A stretch of DNA of 64,000 nt, taken from positions 340,577 through 404,576 of the forward strand of contig CAZDPG010000001.1 of NCBI GenBank assembly GCA_964507275.1, read 5' to 3'. Below are positions 46,027-56,234 of this stretch, one piece after another. Position 1 is the first letter of the stretch; each line of letters begins with the position of its first letter. The notes below the pieces were generated by a model that did no database searches, was not told the origin of the DNA, and worked only from the letters and a program-made list of their open reading frames with translations. The DNA is from an uncultured Candidatus Saccharibacteria bacterium (GTDB lineage Bacteria; Patescibacteriota; Minisyncoccia; Phycocordibacterales; Phycocordibacteraceae). Position numbers and translations under genes: made by a program.

Positions 46027-47823
46027 TTATGCGTCGTTCTGCACCATCTTCATGAAGACCTCTTCCGGGATGTTGACCTTCCCTGTCCCCCGCTCGAGCA
46101 TCTTCTTCTTCCCTCGCTTTTGCTTATCGAGAAGTTTGTTCTTGCGCGACACGTCGCCGCCATAGAGATAGCCCGTAACATCTTTACGCATCGCGGAAAG
46201 CGTCTTTGATGCGATGATGCGTCCTTGTGCGCGTGCCTGAATCTTCGTGACGAAAAGCTGCTTCGGCAGGGTCGCATGTAACTTCTCGACCATCTTCTCG
46301 GCCTCTTCTTGGATCCGACGACGGGCGACCACACGGGCGAACGCTGGCACTGGTTCTTCGGCGACCAATATATCGAGCCGCACCACGTCAGCCGGACGTT
46401 CCGGCAGAATCTCATACGAGAGCGACGCGTATCCTGAAGAGATATTCTTGAGAGTGTCGAAGAAGCCACGCATGAGCTCACGAAGCGGCATCTCGACGAT
46501 CATTTCGACACGGCCATCCTCATACGTCTCCGTGCTCTGTGTCTGCGCTTCATGCTCATACAGGAGCTGGATGAGCGCTGAGAGCGAATCTGGCGGGATG
46601 ATGATGGTAACTTTCGCCCACGGCTCTTCGATGAGCGTGATCAAACCGAACTCAGGAAACTTCGCTGGCGTGTATACGACCTCTCGGACCCCGCTCGTAT
46701 TCGTCACGGCATAGGAGATCGTCGGAATCGTGACGATGAGCGCGAGACCGAACTCCCGGCGTAAGCGTTCCGTGACAATCTCCAGATGCAGGAGGCCGAG
46801 GAACCCACAGCGGAATCCTCTGCCAAGCACGCCTGACGACTCCTCTTCGAAAGAGAGCGATGAATCGGAGAGCCGCAACCGCTCGAGCGATTGACGCAGG
46901 AGCGGGAGGTCATCCTGACTCTCCGGGTAGATTGATGCCCAGACGACAGGACGCGGGCGCTCATAATCCTCCAGGGCCGGGAGTGTGCCCTTCACCGCGC
47001 CTATGGTATCGCCCACCGCGACGACGCCCGGCTCTTTGATACCCGTCACGATATACCCTATTTCGCCGGCAGAGAGAGAATCGGCAGGAGTCTCTTCTGG
47101 CGTGAAGATACCGGTCTCAAGCGCGATGAATTCTTTTCCGGCAGCGCGGAAAACGAGTGGCTGGCCTTTCTTAAAAGTGCCATCGAAAACACGTAGATAC
47201 ACTGCAACGCCGCGATGCTTGGAATATGAGAAATCGAAGACGAGTCCGCGTGGTTCGTCGCCAGCGACCGGCGATGAATCATGTGGCGGCGGGATGCGCT
47301 CTATGATTGCGGCAAGCAGCTCTTCAACGCCTGCGCCCGTCTTCCCTGATACAGCAATCACCTGGTCCTTCGAGACGTTGATGAGCTTTGCGAGTTCGTT
47401 TGAGACGACATCGACGCGCGCGGCAGGAGAATCAATCTTCGAGACGACCGGGATGATGACGCACCCCTGGGCCTGCGCCATCGCGAGCGTAGTAAGCGTC
47501 TGCGCCTGTACCCCCTGCGTTGAATCCACCAAGAGGAGCACTCCTTCGACCGCCTTCAGCGCACGCGAAACTTCGTACGAGAAATCGATATGTCCGGGCG
47601 TATCGATGAGGTTCAGCGTGTAGTCGCCATAGCGCATACGGACCGGCTGCATCTTGATAGTGATGCCGCGCTCACGCTCGAGATCCATACGATCAAGCAC
47701 CTGATCGCGCATCTTGCGCTCAGGGATCGCACCGGTTCGCTCGAGCAGGCGATCAGCAAGCGTCGACTTGCCATGGTCGACGTGCGCGATGATAGAAAAA
47801 TTTCGGATATCCTTTTGGTTCAC
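46027..47823 (-). CDS. lepA: Elongation factor 4
   Basis: IRNFSIIAHVDHGKSTLADR, GFRCGFLGLLH, RKDV...YGGD.SRK. Confidence 0.97.
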   Translation of the reverse strand: MNQKDIRNFSIIAHVDHGKSTLADRLLERTGAIPERKMRDQVLDRMDLERERGITIKMQPVRMRYGDYTLNLIDTPGHIDFSYEVSRALKAVEGVLLLVDSTQGVQAQTLTTLAMAQAQGCVIIPVVSKIDSPAARVDVVSNELAKLINVSKDQVIAVSGKTGAGVEELLAAIIERIPPPHDSSPVAGDEPRGLVFDFSYSKHRGVAVYLRVFDGTFKKGQPLVFRAAGKEFIALETGIFTPEETPADSLSAGEIGYIVTGIKEPGVVAVGDTIGAVKGTLPALEDYERPRPVVWASIYPESQDDLPLLRQSLERLRLSDSSLSFEEESSGVLGRGFRCGFLGLLHLEIVTERLRREFGLALIVTIPTISYAVTNTSGVREVVYTPAKFPEFGLITLIEEPWAKVTIIIPPDSLSALIQLLYEHEAQTQSTETYEDGRVEMIVEMPLRELMRGFFDTLKNISSGYASLSYEILPERPADVVRLDILVAEEPVPAFARVVARRRIQEEAEKMVEKLHATLPKQLFVTKIQARAQGRIIASKTLSAMRKDVTGYLYGGDVSRKNKLLDKQKRGKKKMLERGTGKVNIPEEVFMKMVQNDA

Positions 47824-49526
47824 GGTTGAGTTGGTTCTTCGGCAGAAGGAGGAAGTGCTGTGGACTGCTCTTCCGGAGATCTGATGAGCCGGAGGAGCGC
47901 GTTCGTCACAATGCGGAATTCCTCATTCTCGACGAGGAAAAGCGCACACGCAGCAGCCGCAAGACCTACGATACCAGCGATGAGGCCTTGTGTGAAGACG
48001 GCCGCAAGCGTCGTGAGTGGCGCGATGCCACCCTCGAATGCGAGGACAGCATACGCAGCAATCCCCCCAGCAACTGCGGCGAGAAAACCATCGGCGAGCG
48101 ACCGCGTGAGCATACGTCCCAGACCTGGTGCAACGCTCCGGAGGGCGAGCAAGGAAAGAAGCGCAAGAAATACTTGCCCGAGCGTCACCGCAAGCGCGAG
48201 CAGTAATATCTCCGTCCCAGGAATATCTGCCACCTTGAGGAGCGAGGAGAGCGATGCGAGCAAGCCATCGCTCGGCATTGCCAAGAATGTCATGGCGAGA
48301 AGCACCGTCAATACGCCACCGAGAATCTGATACACAAGCGGGCGCCATGATTGTCGTGCTGCATAGAGCGCACGAGAGAACAGAAGAACGATTCCTTGTG
48401 CGACGAGGCCAACCGCAAGGAGTGCGAGAAGCGCCGCTGTGAGGCGTGTCGCGTTCCAGTCGAATGCACCCGTTCCGAGGACGACACGCACGAGATGAGC
48501 GCGCAGCACCGCGATGAGTCCGAGCGACACTATCGACCAGAGGATGATGTGCCGCGCGCTGGCAGAAAGAATACGCGTGAACTCTTCCTTCTTTTCGAGA
48601 GCCGATGCTTCGGAAAGTGCAGGGAACGCTGCAACGGCATACGAAGAGCCGATGAGAGCGAGTGGGACTGTTTCGAGATTGCTTGCGAACGTGAAGACGG
48701 ACACCGATCCGGTACCGATCCGAGATGCCATCGCCGTGAGGACAAGCGCTGTGACCGAGCCGACGCCAAGCGCGAGTGAGCGCGGGATGGAATCGCGAAC
48801 AATCGAAGACATCAGACTCATGCTTGGGAGACGGAAGCGTGGTAAGACGTCTGCGGCGACCACAACCGGGATATTTACCGCGAGATACGCGATGGCACCG
48901 AGAATGACACCAATCCCAATCCCAGGCAGGCCCCAGAGCGGGTAGAGCACGACCGCCCCCACAATGATTCCCAGGTTATAGAGAACCGGCGAGATCGCAA
49001 AGAGCAAGAAGCGGCGATGCACTTGCGTCACGCTCCCAAGCACACCTGATAGACCGAGCAATATAGGCTGGAACAGGAGCATCCGCGCGAGCAGTACGAA
49101 CTCGGCGTAGTGCGGCGACGTCGCGAAGCTCGGGTAGAGAAACTCGAGGAACTGCGGCATGAAGAAACCGAGGATGATACAAAAGACCCCGCCGACCACG
49201 AACAGGAACGTTGCCGATTCGGAAAGGATCCGACGCGTCATATCCCTATCCATGCCCGTTATACGCGGTATGAGCACGTATGCGCTCACGAGTGAGGACA
49301 CTAGCGCAAATACGAGATCTGGCACGCGAAACGCGGCATAATACAAGTCGAGTTCTTGCCCGGCACCGAACGTATGGGCGAAGGTCCTATCGCGTAGGAG
49401 CGCGAGTACCTGTGAAGCGAGCGTAAGCGCAGCGAGTAGGTACGCCGCTTGATGAAGACTACGTATAGGCCGCATAACAAGCCCGCGTACCGGTGCAGCG
49501 ATACGCTCGAAAATCTGCCGAATCAT
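47820..49526 (-). CDS. murJ: Lipid II flippase MurJ/MviN
   Basis: LRD...A..FGAG..LD.Y.AAFR.PD; many TM segments. Confidence 0.88.
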   Translation of the reverse strand: MIRQIFERIAAPVRGLVMRPIRSLHQAAYLLAALTLASQVLALLRDRTFAHTFGAGQELDLYYAAFRVPDLVFALVSSLVSAYVLIPRITGMDRDMTRRILSESATFLFVVGGVFCIILGFFMPQFLEFLYPSFATSPHYAEFVLLARMLLFQPILLGLSGVLGSVTQVHRRFLLFAISPVLYNLGIIVGAVVLYPLWGLPGIGIGVILGAIAYLAVNIPVVVAADVLPRFRLPSMSLMSSIVRDSIPRSLALGVGSVTALVLTAMASRIGTGSVSVFTFASNLETVPLALIGSSYAVAAFPALSEASALEKKEEFTRILSASARHIILWSIVSLGLIAVLRAHLVRVVLGTGAFDWNATRLTAALLALLAVGLVAQGIVLLFSRALYAARQSWRPLVYQILGGVLTVLLAMTFLAMPSDGLLASLSSLLKVADIPGTEILLLALAVTLGQVFLALLSLLALRSVAPGLGRMLTRSLADGFLAAVAGGIAAYAVLAFEGGIAPLTTLAAVFTQGLIAGIVGLAAAACALFLVENEEFRIVTNALLRLIRSPEEQSTALPPSAEEPTQP

Positions 49527-49551
49527 GTCTTCTATAATACTCCGAAGCGGC

Positions 49552-49590
49552 AAAAAGAGGCACCCTCGCTTTACGAGGGTGCCTCTTTTT
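49552..49590. terminator. Intrinsic terminator
   Basis: AAAAAGAGGCACCCTCG-cttta-CGAGGGTGCCTCTTTTT. Confidence 0.8.
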
Positions 49591-49602
49591 CTTCTGGATC
49601 TA

Positions 49603-51978
49603 TTACTTTACCGGTGCTGGGGTGACCGAGAGGAGATTCGCCGGGAACGGGTTCCTACCTTCTTTGAGGGCGGAGAGTTGAGAAGCGACAGCCTCAGCGT
49701 TCTCGGCCGACATGCCTGCTATCGCCTGCATTTCCTCAAGCGCACCCTTCAGATTCCCCTGCTTTGCGTACACAGCCGAGAGGAAGTATCGAGCATTTGC
49801 GAACTGTGAGTTTGCCGCAATAGCTGCCGAGAGAGCTGCGACTGCACCTGGGTAGTCCCCTGACGCGGCGCTCAGGATACCGACCTGGAAGAGGATGTTC
49901 GGATCGTTCGGCGTGAAGTACGCAGCCGCAAGAGCTGAAGCGAGTGCATCTTTCACATTCCCATCCTGTACCTCAAGTTGCGACAGGAGGAAGATTGCGG
50001 CCGTGTAGTCCTGCTTGAGCGCGATTGCGGCCTTCAGATCTTCCTGCGCAGCTTTCGTATTCTTATTTGCGATGTTGAGCTGAGCGAGGATATATGGAAT
50101 CTGCGGATTCGAAGGATTCAATTCCTGCGCCTTCTGGTATGCCGTCTTGGCACTGTCATAGGCACCTGAGACACCAAGCGGTACCGCTTGCGCGTAGAGG
50201 TTTCCAAGTAGGATCCAGCTCTGGTAGTCAGAGGCATTGAGGCTCGTCGCCGTCAGGGCGGCGTTTATACCGGCAGAAAGCGCTGCTTGGTATTCGCGCT
50301 GTGCTACGGTCTTGTCGATCGTCGTCGACGCCATAATGACGCCGAGCCGAGCAGCAGCGATGTTCGCCTGCATCTGGTACGCAGCGACTGATGGCGCGAA
50401 GGATATCGCATTTTGCGCTTTGAGCTCTGCTGTATCGAGATCGCCCACAGAAAGCGCTGCGGCGGCGTTTGCCGACTGAGCGGCAGCGATGTATCGCTCA
50501 ACGAGCGAGTACGCGGCAACGACTGATGACAGCAAGAGAATAGTGAGCGAGAACACGATAATGAAGCCCAAGCGAGGACTCCGTGCAAACATGACTCCCC
50601 ACTGTCGACCATCAAGAGCGAAGCGCGTCGTCGACACAAAGAGACCCGCGAAGACGAATGCCAGCGTGAGAATGACCGTACCTGGCAGATCGAACAGTGC
50701 AAGCGCGAAGAGGTAGAGCGAGCCGACGAATGACACTATCGCGACATAGCGGACGTATACATCCTGCGGTGTGCGGAGTATGAGCGTCCGGAGACCAAGC
50801 GCGATGAAGAGCACCATGAATGCGAGCCATGCAACGACGCCTATGATACCCGTCGTCACGAACGATGTCGGTATGAAGCCGATACCGGAAGAGAAATCAA
50901 CATTCCAGAAGACGGTCGAGTTAAGCGACGCGTCACGATACTTCAACCATTCGACACCGAATGTACTCGGACCCGAGCCGAACACAGGGGCCGTACTGAA
51001 GGTCTTCTCTGCAACCGCAAACGTCGACTGCCATGAAGGACGGATATTGAGCACATCTACATTGAGAGAGCTCGCGAGTGCCCCGCCGAGCTGACCGCCG
51101 ATGAGGAAGAAGAGCGAGATTGCGAGCACGCCAAGAGGAAGGACGAGCGAATGATTCCCCTCGCTCTCACCGACCGGCGCCTCTTCGCTCAAAAGGACCG
51201 CTTCATCGAGGTCACCATCGGAAGACTTCGACCCGCGGCGCATCACGGCCTCCACGAAAAGACCGAGCGATACGAGCGCAACCAATATCCACACGAGCGA
51301 GGAGTTTGCGACAGCAAGGAGGAAGAGTGACACAACACCCATCGCAATGAGTGCGCGATTCGCGCGAGACGGAAGCTCGACGAACCTGAGCGTGATGAGT
51401 ATAGCGATGACGCCGAGGCCGAGGAGCGAAGCGAGGTCATTGAAAGACCCAATGAACGAGAATGACGGAGAGACTGTCTGAGGAGAGAACTGCCCAACGA
51501 TGATGACAAGTGCCTCGAGGAAAGCCACTGCGGCAAACGTGTATGCCCCAACACGCATGAATGATCGGTAATGATCAGGACGGCGTAGTACGAGCGCGCC
51601 GAGCGTACCGAGACATGCCGCGATGAGCATGAAGCCGAGCGTATCTGGCTCGAGCGCCGTACCCCAGAGAGCATTGGAGAACGATACTCCAGAGAATGCG
51701 GCGGAGAGTACATAGGCCGCGACCGGTAGCCAGAGGACGCCAATAAGAAGTGATGACGGGAAGATGACATTCCCCCGCGTAAGCCGCGCGAGAATATAGA
51801 GAGCGAGCGTGATAAGCGCACCAGCGGCAAGCACGAACGTCTTCGTCGTTGTGAACGGAATCGATGCAAACGGTGTGATAACGAACAATGCAGCGATGAC
51901 GGTTACGAAGAGCGCCCAGGTACTTACGGTATCAAGTGAACGACGTTGCGAAATACTGACTGACTGTTGCGGAGGCAT
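49603..51978 (-). CDS. Polytopic membrane protein (O-antigen ligase/Wzy_C-like) with C-terminal TPR repeats
   Basis: About 12-13 TM segments; RP.W.......P.FG.GP..F loop; TPR-like A..L.P.N repeats; start uncertain. Confidence 0.72.
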   Translation of the reverse strand: MPPQQSVSISQRRSLDTVSTWALFVTVIAALFVITPFASIPFTTTKTFVLAAGALITLALYILARLTRGNVIFPSSLLIGVLWLPVAAYVLSAAFSGVSFSNALWGTALEPDTLGFMLIAACLGTLGALVLRRPDHYRSFMRVGAYTFAAVAFLEALVIIVGQFSPQTVSPSFSFIGSFNDLASLLGLGVIAILITLRFVELPSRANRALIAMGVVSLFLLAVANSSLVWILVALVSLGLFVEAVMRRGSKSSDGDLDEAVLLSEEAPVGESEGNHSLVLPLGVLAISLFFLIGGQLGGALASSLNVDVLNIRPSWQSTFAVAEKTFSTAPVFGSGPSTFGVEWLKYRDASLNSTVFWNVDFSSGIGFIPTSFVTTGIIGVVAWLAFMVLFIALGLRTLILRTPQDVYVRYVAIVSFVGSLYLFALALFDLPGTVILTLAFVFAGLFVSTTRFALDGRQWGVMFARSPRLGFIIVFSLTILLLSSVVAAYSLVERYIAAAQSANAAAALSVGDLDTAELKAQNAISFAPSVAAYQMQANIAAARLGVIMASTTIDKTVAQREYQAALSAGINAALTATSLNASDYQSWILLGNLYAQAVPLGVSGAYDSAKTAYQKAQELNPSNPQIPYILAQLNIANKNTKAAQEDLKAAIALKQDYTAAIFLLSQLEVQDGNVKDALASALAAAYFTPNDPNILFQVGILSAASGDYPGAVAALSAAIAANSQFANARYFLSAVYAKQGNLKGALEEMQAIAGMSAENAEAVASQLSALKEGRNPFPANLLSVTPAPVK

Positions 51979-52094
51979 GATGAATGGTATTGATGCTATT
52001 CGGTAGTAATGCCTTTTAGTATACCTCGCGCTCCGCTTGTCACCGAAAGCCATCCACAATACCCATCACATAAAAATGTGGTATAGTCTGTGGG

Positions 52095-52425
52095 GACCAA
52101 GCTAGACGATCGCTCGATTAAGTCATTCGATCCAATCGGGAGGAAAGTCCGAACATGCTTCCCTGGCTTCGGTCGGAGAAACAATAGGTAGCGGGTAACG
52201 CCCGTCGTCCGCAAGGATAGAGGTGACCACAGAAACGCCAACGCCGAAAGGCTGCGGATCCCCTCGCGGGATACGCCCATCGCGAGATGGGAATGCAACG
52301 AACAAATCCTTACCCGCATGCAAGGCCGTGCTCCGCTTCGGTGGAGAGTGCCGCTCGAGCCTGCAAGCAATTGCGAGCCCAGATAAATGATCGTCCACGA
52401 CAGAATTCGGCTTATCGGCTTGGTC
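52095..52425 (+). ncRNA. rnpB: RNase P RNA
   Basis: GAGGAAAGTCCGAAC and ACAGAATTCGGCTTA with compensatory P4 pairing, ACAGAAA, GCAAG, AGATAAATG; terminal P1 GACCAAGC/GCTTGGTC. Confidence 0.93.
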
Positions 52426-52431
52426 TACAAT

Positions 52432-52470
52432 AATGAGAAAACCCACGCTCCTGCTGTGGGTTTTCTCATT
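52432..52470. terminator. Bidirectional intrinsic terminator
   Basis: AATGAGAAAACCCAC / GTGGGTTTTCTCATT. Confidence 0.75.
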
Positions 52471-52496
52471 TGAGGCCTCGTAGGAAACTCTCCTAC

Positions 52497-54884
52497 CTAC
52501 ATGATATCGCAGACACCGGCGGCACAGGCCAACTCCCGCTTCATATCCGACTCATCCTGCCGCTCGTACGCTGTAAGCTTGGAGTAATCAACTTTCGGGA
52601 AACGGGACATGCGTGCCTCATATTCTTCCTTCGTGATTGTTTCATACGGTGCAAGACGGTACACATGATTACTTCGTGGAAGGAACGAGAGTCCGCCGAT
52701 GATATTCCAGTTCCTTTGAATCCAGTCGACGACACTAATCCACTCGTCTTCGGAGACCGAGATGGTCGCGGACGGGTTGTGCTCGGTGTAATTGAGCTTC
52801 ACGAGCTTCCAGTACTCGAGCTGGTCAAGCGCGGTGAGGTCGTCCTTGAATCGCGCTTCCTTCGAATGATCAGGCGCTTTGACAGGAAATTCGAGCACAT
52901 AGGTGTTCGCTTCTTCCATCGACTGCCCAACTTCCGGATAGTATGGGACGCCTTGGTCACGCATGAGCTTGAAGAGCGAATCGGTCGCACTGATGCGCAC
53001 GCGACGGATGTAGTACGGGGCATGGCGCGGATGGATGCCTGACGCGCAATCAAATGTCTGAGAGACGGTTCCCGATGGCTTCACTGCGGTGACCGCCATC
53101 GAGCGCTCCACACCAAAACGCTTCGCATAAGTGGCGTTCGTCTTCACGGCAGCATCACGGACCTTGCGCATCACTTCTGGACGGCGCGCGACAGGACTAT
53201 CCCACTGCCCTGTCACCGACACACCAAGCAGGCGCTCCGCCGCGCAGTGGTCGACCCAATCTTTCGATATGTAACCGAATTTCGTAAGCGTCGACTGATA
53301 GGTGCCGAGTATCGCCGCGAGACGTGCCTTGCGCAGAAGCGAAGCTTCGGTGTCATTGGCACGTGCGATGACCTCGGAAAGATTACAGAACTGCTTGGAT
53401 TGCAGGATGATTTCGGCGCACGGATTCGTACCGATGGAGCCGCGTACGACACCGTCTTCGCCGATGAAGCCGACCGCTTTGAAATAGTCCTTGCGACGCT
53501 TCGGAAACGTCTCGGCAAGCGCACCGCGATTGAATATGCCGCGTTCGCCGCTTCCGCTCTTCATGAGCGCGACCCACTCGTCCATAAGTTCGGCATTCGT
53601 CGGCTGTGCCTCATAGACGGCTGAGTTATTCGCCACAGAACGATGAGGATCAGTCATATAGAACTGTCCTTTCTTCGCATCGCGCATCTCAACGTCATCG
53701 AGATCGGAAAGCGAAATCATCGCAGTACGCCGCACGCCGCCAGCGACGACACACTCGCCGATCTTGCAGATGATGTCGTGCACGTCGATCGCGCGCAAAC
53801 GGCGTCCTGCACGAGACAAGATGCGCTCACGAGCAAAAGCAAGGAGCGAACGGAGCGGCTCTGGACCGGAGGCCTTTCCGCCCATCGTCTTCAATCGCGC
53901 GCCTGCCGGACGGATCTGGGAATAATCAAACGTAATGTCCTTGCCGGCATACCAAGTCTTCACGCCGAGAGTGAGGGCATCGCACCATCCCTCCTTCGAA
54001 TCGCCGATGACATGTGTCGTTGCCTTCTGTCCTGCCTGCTTCATGATCTGCGGGAACTGCTCGACATTCTGACTCTCCACTGCGAACCCGACACCGCACC
54101 CCTGCATCGAGAGGTACATAATCTCAGCGAAGTCCTCGAGTTTCGTCGGTGCCGTGAACGTACAGTTATACGCACACGTATTGCAGCGGCGTGCCGCTTC
54201 GCCAGCGAACTGCATGAGACGCATCGACGGCATCACTTCCTGCTTCAGAATTCCCATACGCACCTCGGCATACTCCTTCTCAGTAAGTTTCGTACCGAGA
54301 TTTTCGCGCATGAAACTCATATAACGATCAACTGTCTCGACCCATGTCTCGCGGCGACCCTCTTCCGGAATCCATTTCGCATAGGTACGCAAATATACGA
54401 ACTCACCGAGCACATTGCTGTCGAAATACTTCCTGCTTTCTTCCGCGAGCTTCCGCACATGTTCAGGGACTTCGACATGCGCCGCACGGAGCTGTGCTCG
54501 CTTATCACGATAGAGGATGTACGCTTTCGCCGTCTTCACGTAATCGTTCAGGATGAGGTATTTCTCGATAGAATCCTGCATACCTTCAACGGTCGGAAGG
54601 AAACTCTTGTACTTCTTGGAGAATCTTCCGAGTTCGCCCGCAACCTGATGGGCCACAAGTACCGCATCTTCCTGACTTCCTTCTTCTGCCGCCATCATCG
54701 CCTTCCACACCGCAGTGACGATCTTATCGAAATCGAATTGGACGAGTCTGCCGTCGCGTTTCTCGATCTGAGGAATCATCTCACGATACCGGCGAGTCTC
54801 TTTCGAGATCGGCTGTTCGACCGTCACGGCGACACTCGGTGCAGAGGTCTTCGTGCGAACAGAAACTTTTGCGACTTTTGACAT
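52497..54884 (-). CDS. nrdJ: Class II (adenosylcobalamin-dependent) ribonucleotide reductase with N-terminal ATP cone
   Basis: IEKRDG....FD..KI ATP cone; YNC, GGVRR.A, TNPCAEI, KPSGT, C-terminal CAAGVC. Confidence 0.9.
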   Translation of the reverse strand: MSKVAKVSVRTKTSAPSVAVTVEQPISKETRRYREMIPQIEKRDGRLVQFDFDKIVTAVWKAMMAAEEGSQEDAVLVAHQVAGELGRFSKKYKSFLPTVEGMQDSIEKYLILNDYVKTAKAYILYRDKRAQLRAAHVEVPEHVRKLAEESRKYFDSNVLGEFVYLRTYAKWIPEEGRRETWVETVDRYMSFMRENLGTKLTEKEYAEVRMGILKQEVMPSMRLMQFAGEAARRCNTCAYNCTFTAPTKLEDFAEIMYLSMQGCGVGFAVESQNVEQFPQIMKQAGQKATTHVIGDSKEGWCDALTLGVKTWYAGKDITFDYSQIRPAGARLKTMGGKASGPEPLRSLLAFARERILSRAGRRLRAIDVHDIICKIGECVVAGGVRRTAMISLSDLDDVEMRDAKKGQFYMTDPHRSVANNSAVYEAQPTNAELMDEWVALMKSGSGERGIFNRGALAETFPKRRKDYFKAVGFIGEDGVVRGSIGTNPCAEIILQSKQFCNLSEVIARANDTEASLLRKARLAAILGTYQSTLTKFGYISKDWVDHCAAERLLGVSVTGQWDSPVARRPEVMRKVRDAAVKTNATYAKRFGVERSMAVTAVKPSGTVSQTFDCASGIHPRHAPYYIRRVRISATDSLFKLMRDQGVPYYPEVGQSMEEANTYVLEFPVKAPDHSKEARFKDDLTALDQLEYWKLVKLNYTEHNPSATISVSEDEWISVVDWIQRNWNIIGGLSFLPRSNHVYRLAPYETITKEEYEARMSRFPKVDYSKLTAYERQDESDMKRELACAAGVCDIM

Positions 54885-54974
54885 GGACGGATCGATTAGG
54901 TGGGTATCAATAAATAATTTCACTTCTTACCCTCAAGTTTACTCCTCCTCTCGGTAAACGCCATGTGGATAGGA

Positions 54975-55436
54975 TTACTTCAAAACGGTTGAGAGATTTT
55001 TCAATGAAAGCGGGGTGCCGGTCGCTATCCCGTGCTCATCGGCGAACCCCGCCATGGTCTCTAGGACATATCGCGCAGGCTCTGTCGGATAAAAGACACG
55101 CGGGTACGACGAGGTCGCGACCCAGGTCGCCATCGAGACGACCTGTCCTTTATCATCGAGCCAGAATATGTCGATTGGGACGAGCATATCCTTCATCCAG
55201 AAGCCATAAAGGCCATCTTCTTGGAAAGGGAAAAGCATCCCATAACCATCAGGAACGCTCGTGCGGCCTCCTAACCCCCGCTCTTGAGCTTCCGCAGTCG
55301 CTGCGGCTTCGACTCTTAAGGACACACTGCCGAAATCTATCCTCTGCAAGGCCGGCGCTTCTGTCTTATAGGCGTAGAGCACCCCGCCGATGACGACACC
55401 AAGGATGAGAATTCCCGCATAGGAATATCGTGTCAT
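54975..55436 (-). CDS. DUF192 family protein
   Basis: RGL.GR, GMLF.F, FWMKDM..PIDI, YVLE..AG. Confidence 0.88.
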   Translation of the reverse strand: MTRYSYAGILILGVVIGGVLYAYKTEAPALQRIDFGSVSLRVEAAATAEAQERGLGGRTSVPDGYGMLFPFQEDGLYGFWMKDMLVPIDIFWLDDKGQVVSMATWVATSSYPRVFYPTEPARYVLETMAGFADEHGIATGTPLSLKNLSTVLK

Positions 55437-55445
55437 ACCGGCATT

Positions 55446-56039
55446 CTACATCTTCCGGAAAATGAAATTCAGATACTCTTTTGACCCAGGTGTGAATGCT
55501 TCAAAATAGACGAGCTCGAACCCATATCCCTGGACCAGGGTTTCAATCTCTTCTTTCGAGTAATAACTGAACAGTCGTGGAAGGTTCATTCCCGAACTCT
55601 GCCGATACAACTCCCCCTCTCCCTCAATAAGACCGAGACCGAGTATGCCTCCTTCATTCAAGATCCTCTTAATCTCTCCCAATGCCATACCAATGTCGGC
55701 CTTCGCTACATGCAGAAGCGAAGTGTATGCCCACACACCATCGAACGATGCGTCAGGGAACGGGAGGTGCATAAAGTCTCCGACGACCGACTCCAACCCA
55801 CGTTCACTCGAGATCCTCACCATCTCCTCTGAGGCATCGAGACAGGCGACGTCTTTCCCTGCCTTTTGCAGGAGTAATCCGTCGCGACCCGGACCACTGC
55901 CGATGTCGAGAATACGCACGCCGCTTGTTGCGATGAATTGATCGAGGAACGTGCGCGGAAACTTCTCCCAAAAGTCAGTTGTTTCCTCGTCATACTCAGC
56001 CGCCAGCTGGTTGTAGGTGTCGATGGTCTTCTGATCCAT
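55446..56039 (-). CDS. Class I SAM-dependent methyltransferase
   Basis: ILDIGSGPGRD, FDGVWA..SLLH. Confidence 0.87.
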   Translation of the reverse strand: MDQKTIDTYNQLAAEYDEETTDFWEKFPRTFLDQFIATSGVRILDIGSGPGRDGLLLQKAGKDVACLDASEEMVRISSERGLESVVGDFMHLPFPDASFDGVWAYTSLLHVAKADIGMALGEIKRILNEGGILGLGLIEGEGELYRQSSGMNLPRLFSYYSKEEIETLVQGYGFELVYFEAFTPGSKEYLNFIFRKM

Positions 56040-56095
56040 TTCCCTAACAATAGCGTATCTTGAGATCTCTGCGATTCTTCTCTTCGTTCAAAATG

Positions 56096-56182
56096 CGGAG
56101 GCGGGGGGATTCGAACTCCCGAGACCCTTTCGAGTCTGCCGCCTTTCCAAGGCGGTGCACTAGACCACTATGCGACGCCTCC
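56096..56182 (-). tRNA. tRNA-Ser(GGA)
   Basis: GGAGGCG/CGCCTCC acceptor stem, CCGCC-TTGGAAA-GGCGG anticodon arm, long variable arm. Confidence 0.93.
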
Positions 56183-56234
56183 AAGCGTATGACTGTTATA
56201 TCAGAAAAACCTCGTTCTACACAACCAGCAGAAA

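Noticed and set aside
54885-54974. Cobalamin riboswitch or NrdR box upstream of nrdJ
   Set aside because: The gap is too short for the riboswitch and no consensus elements were recognised
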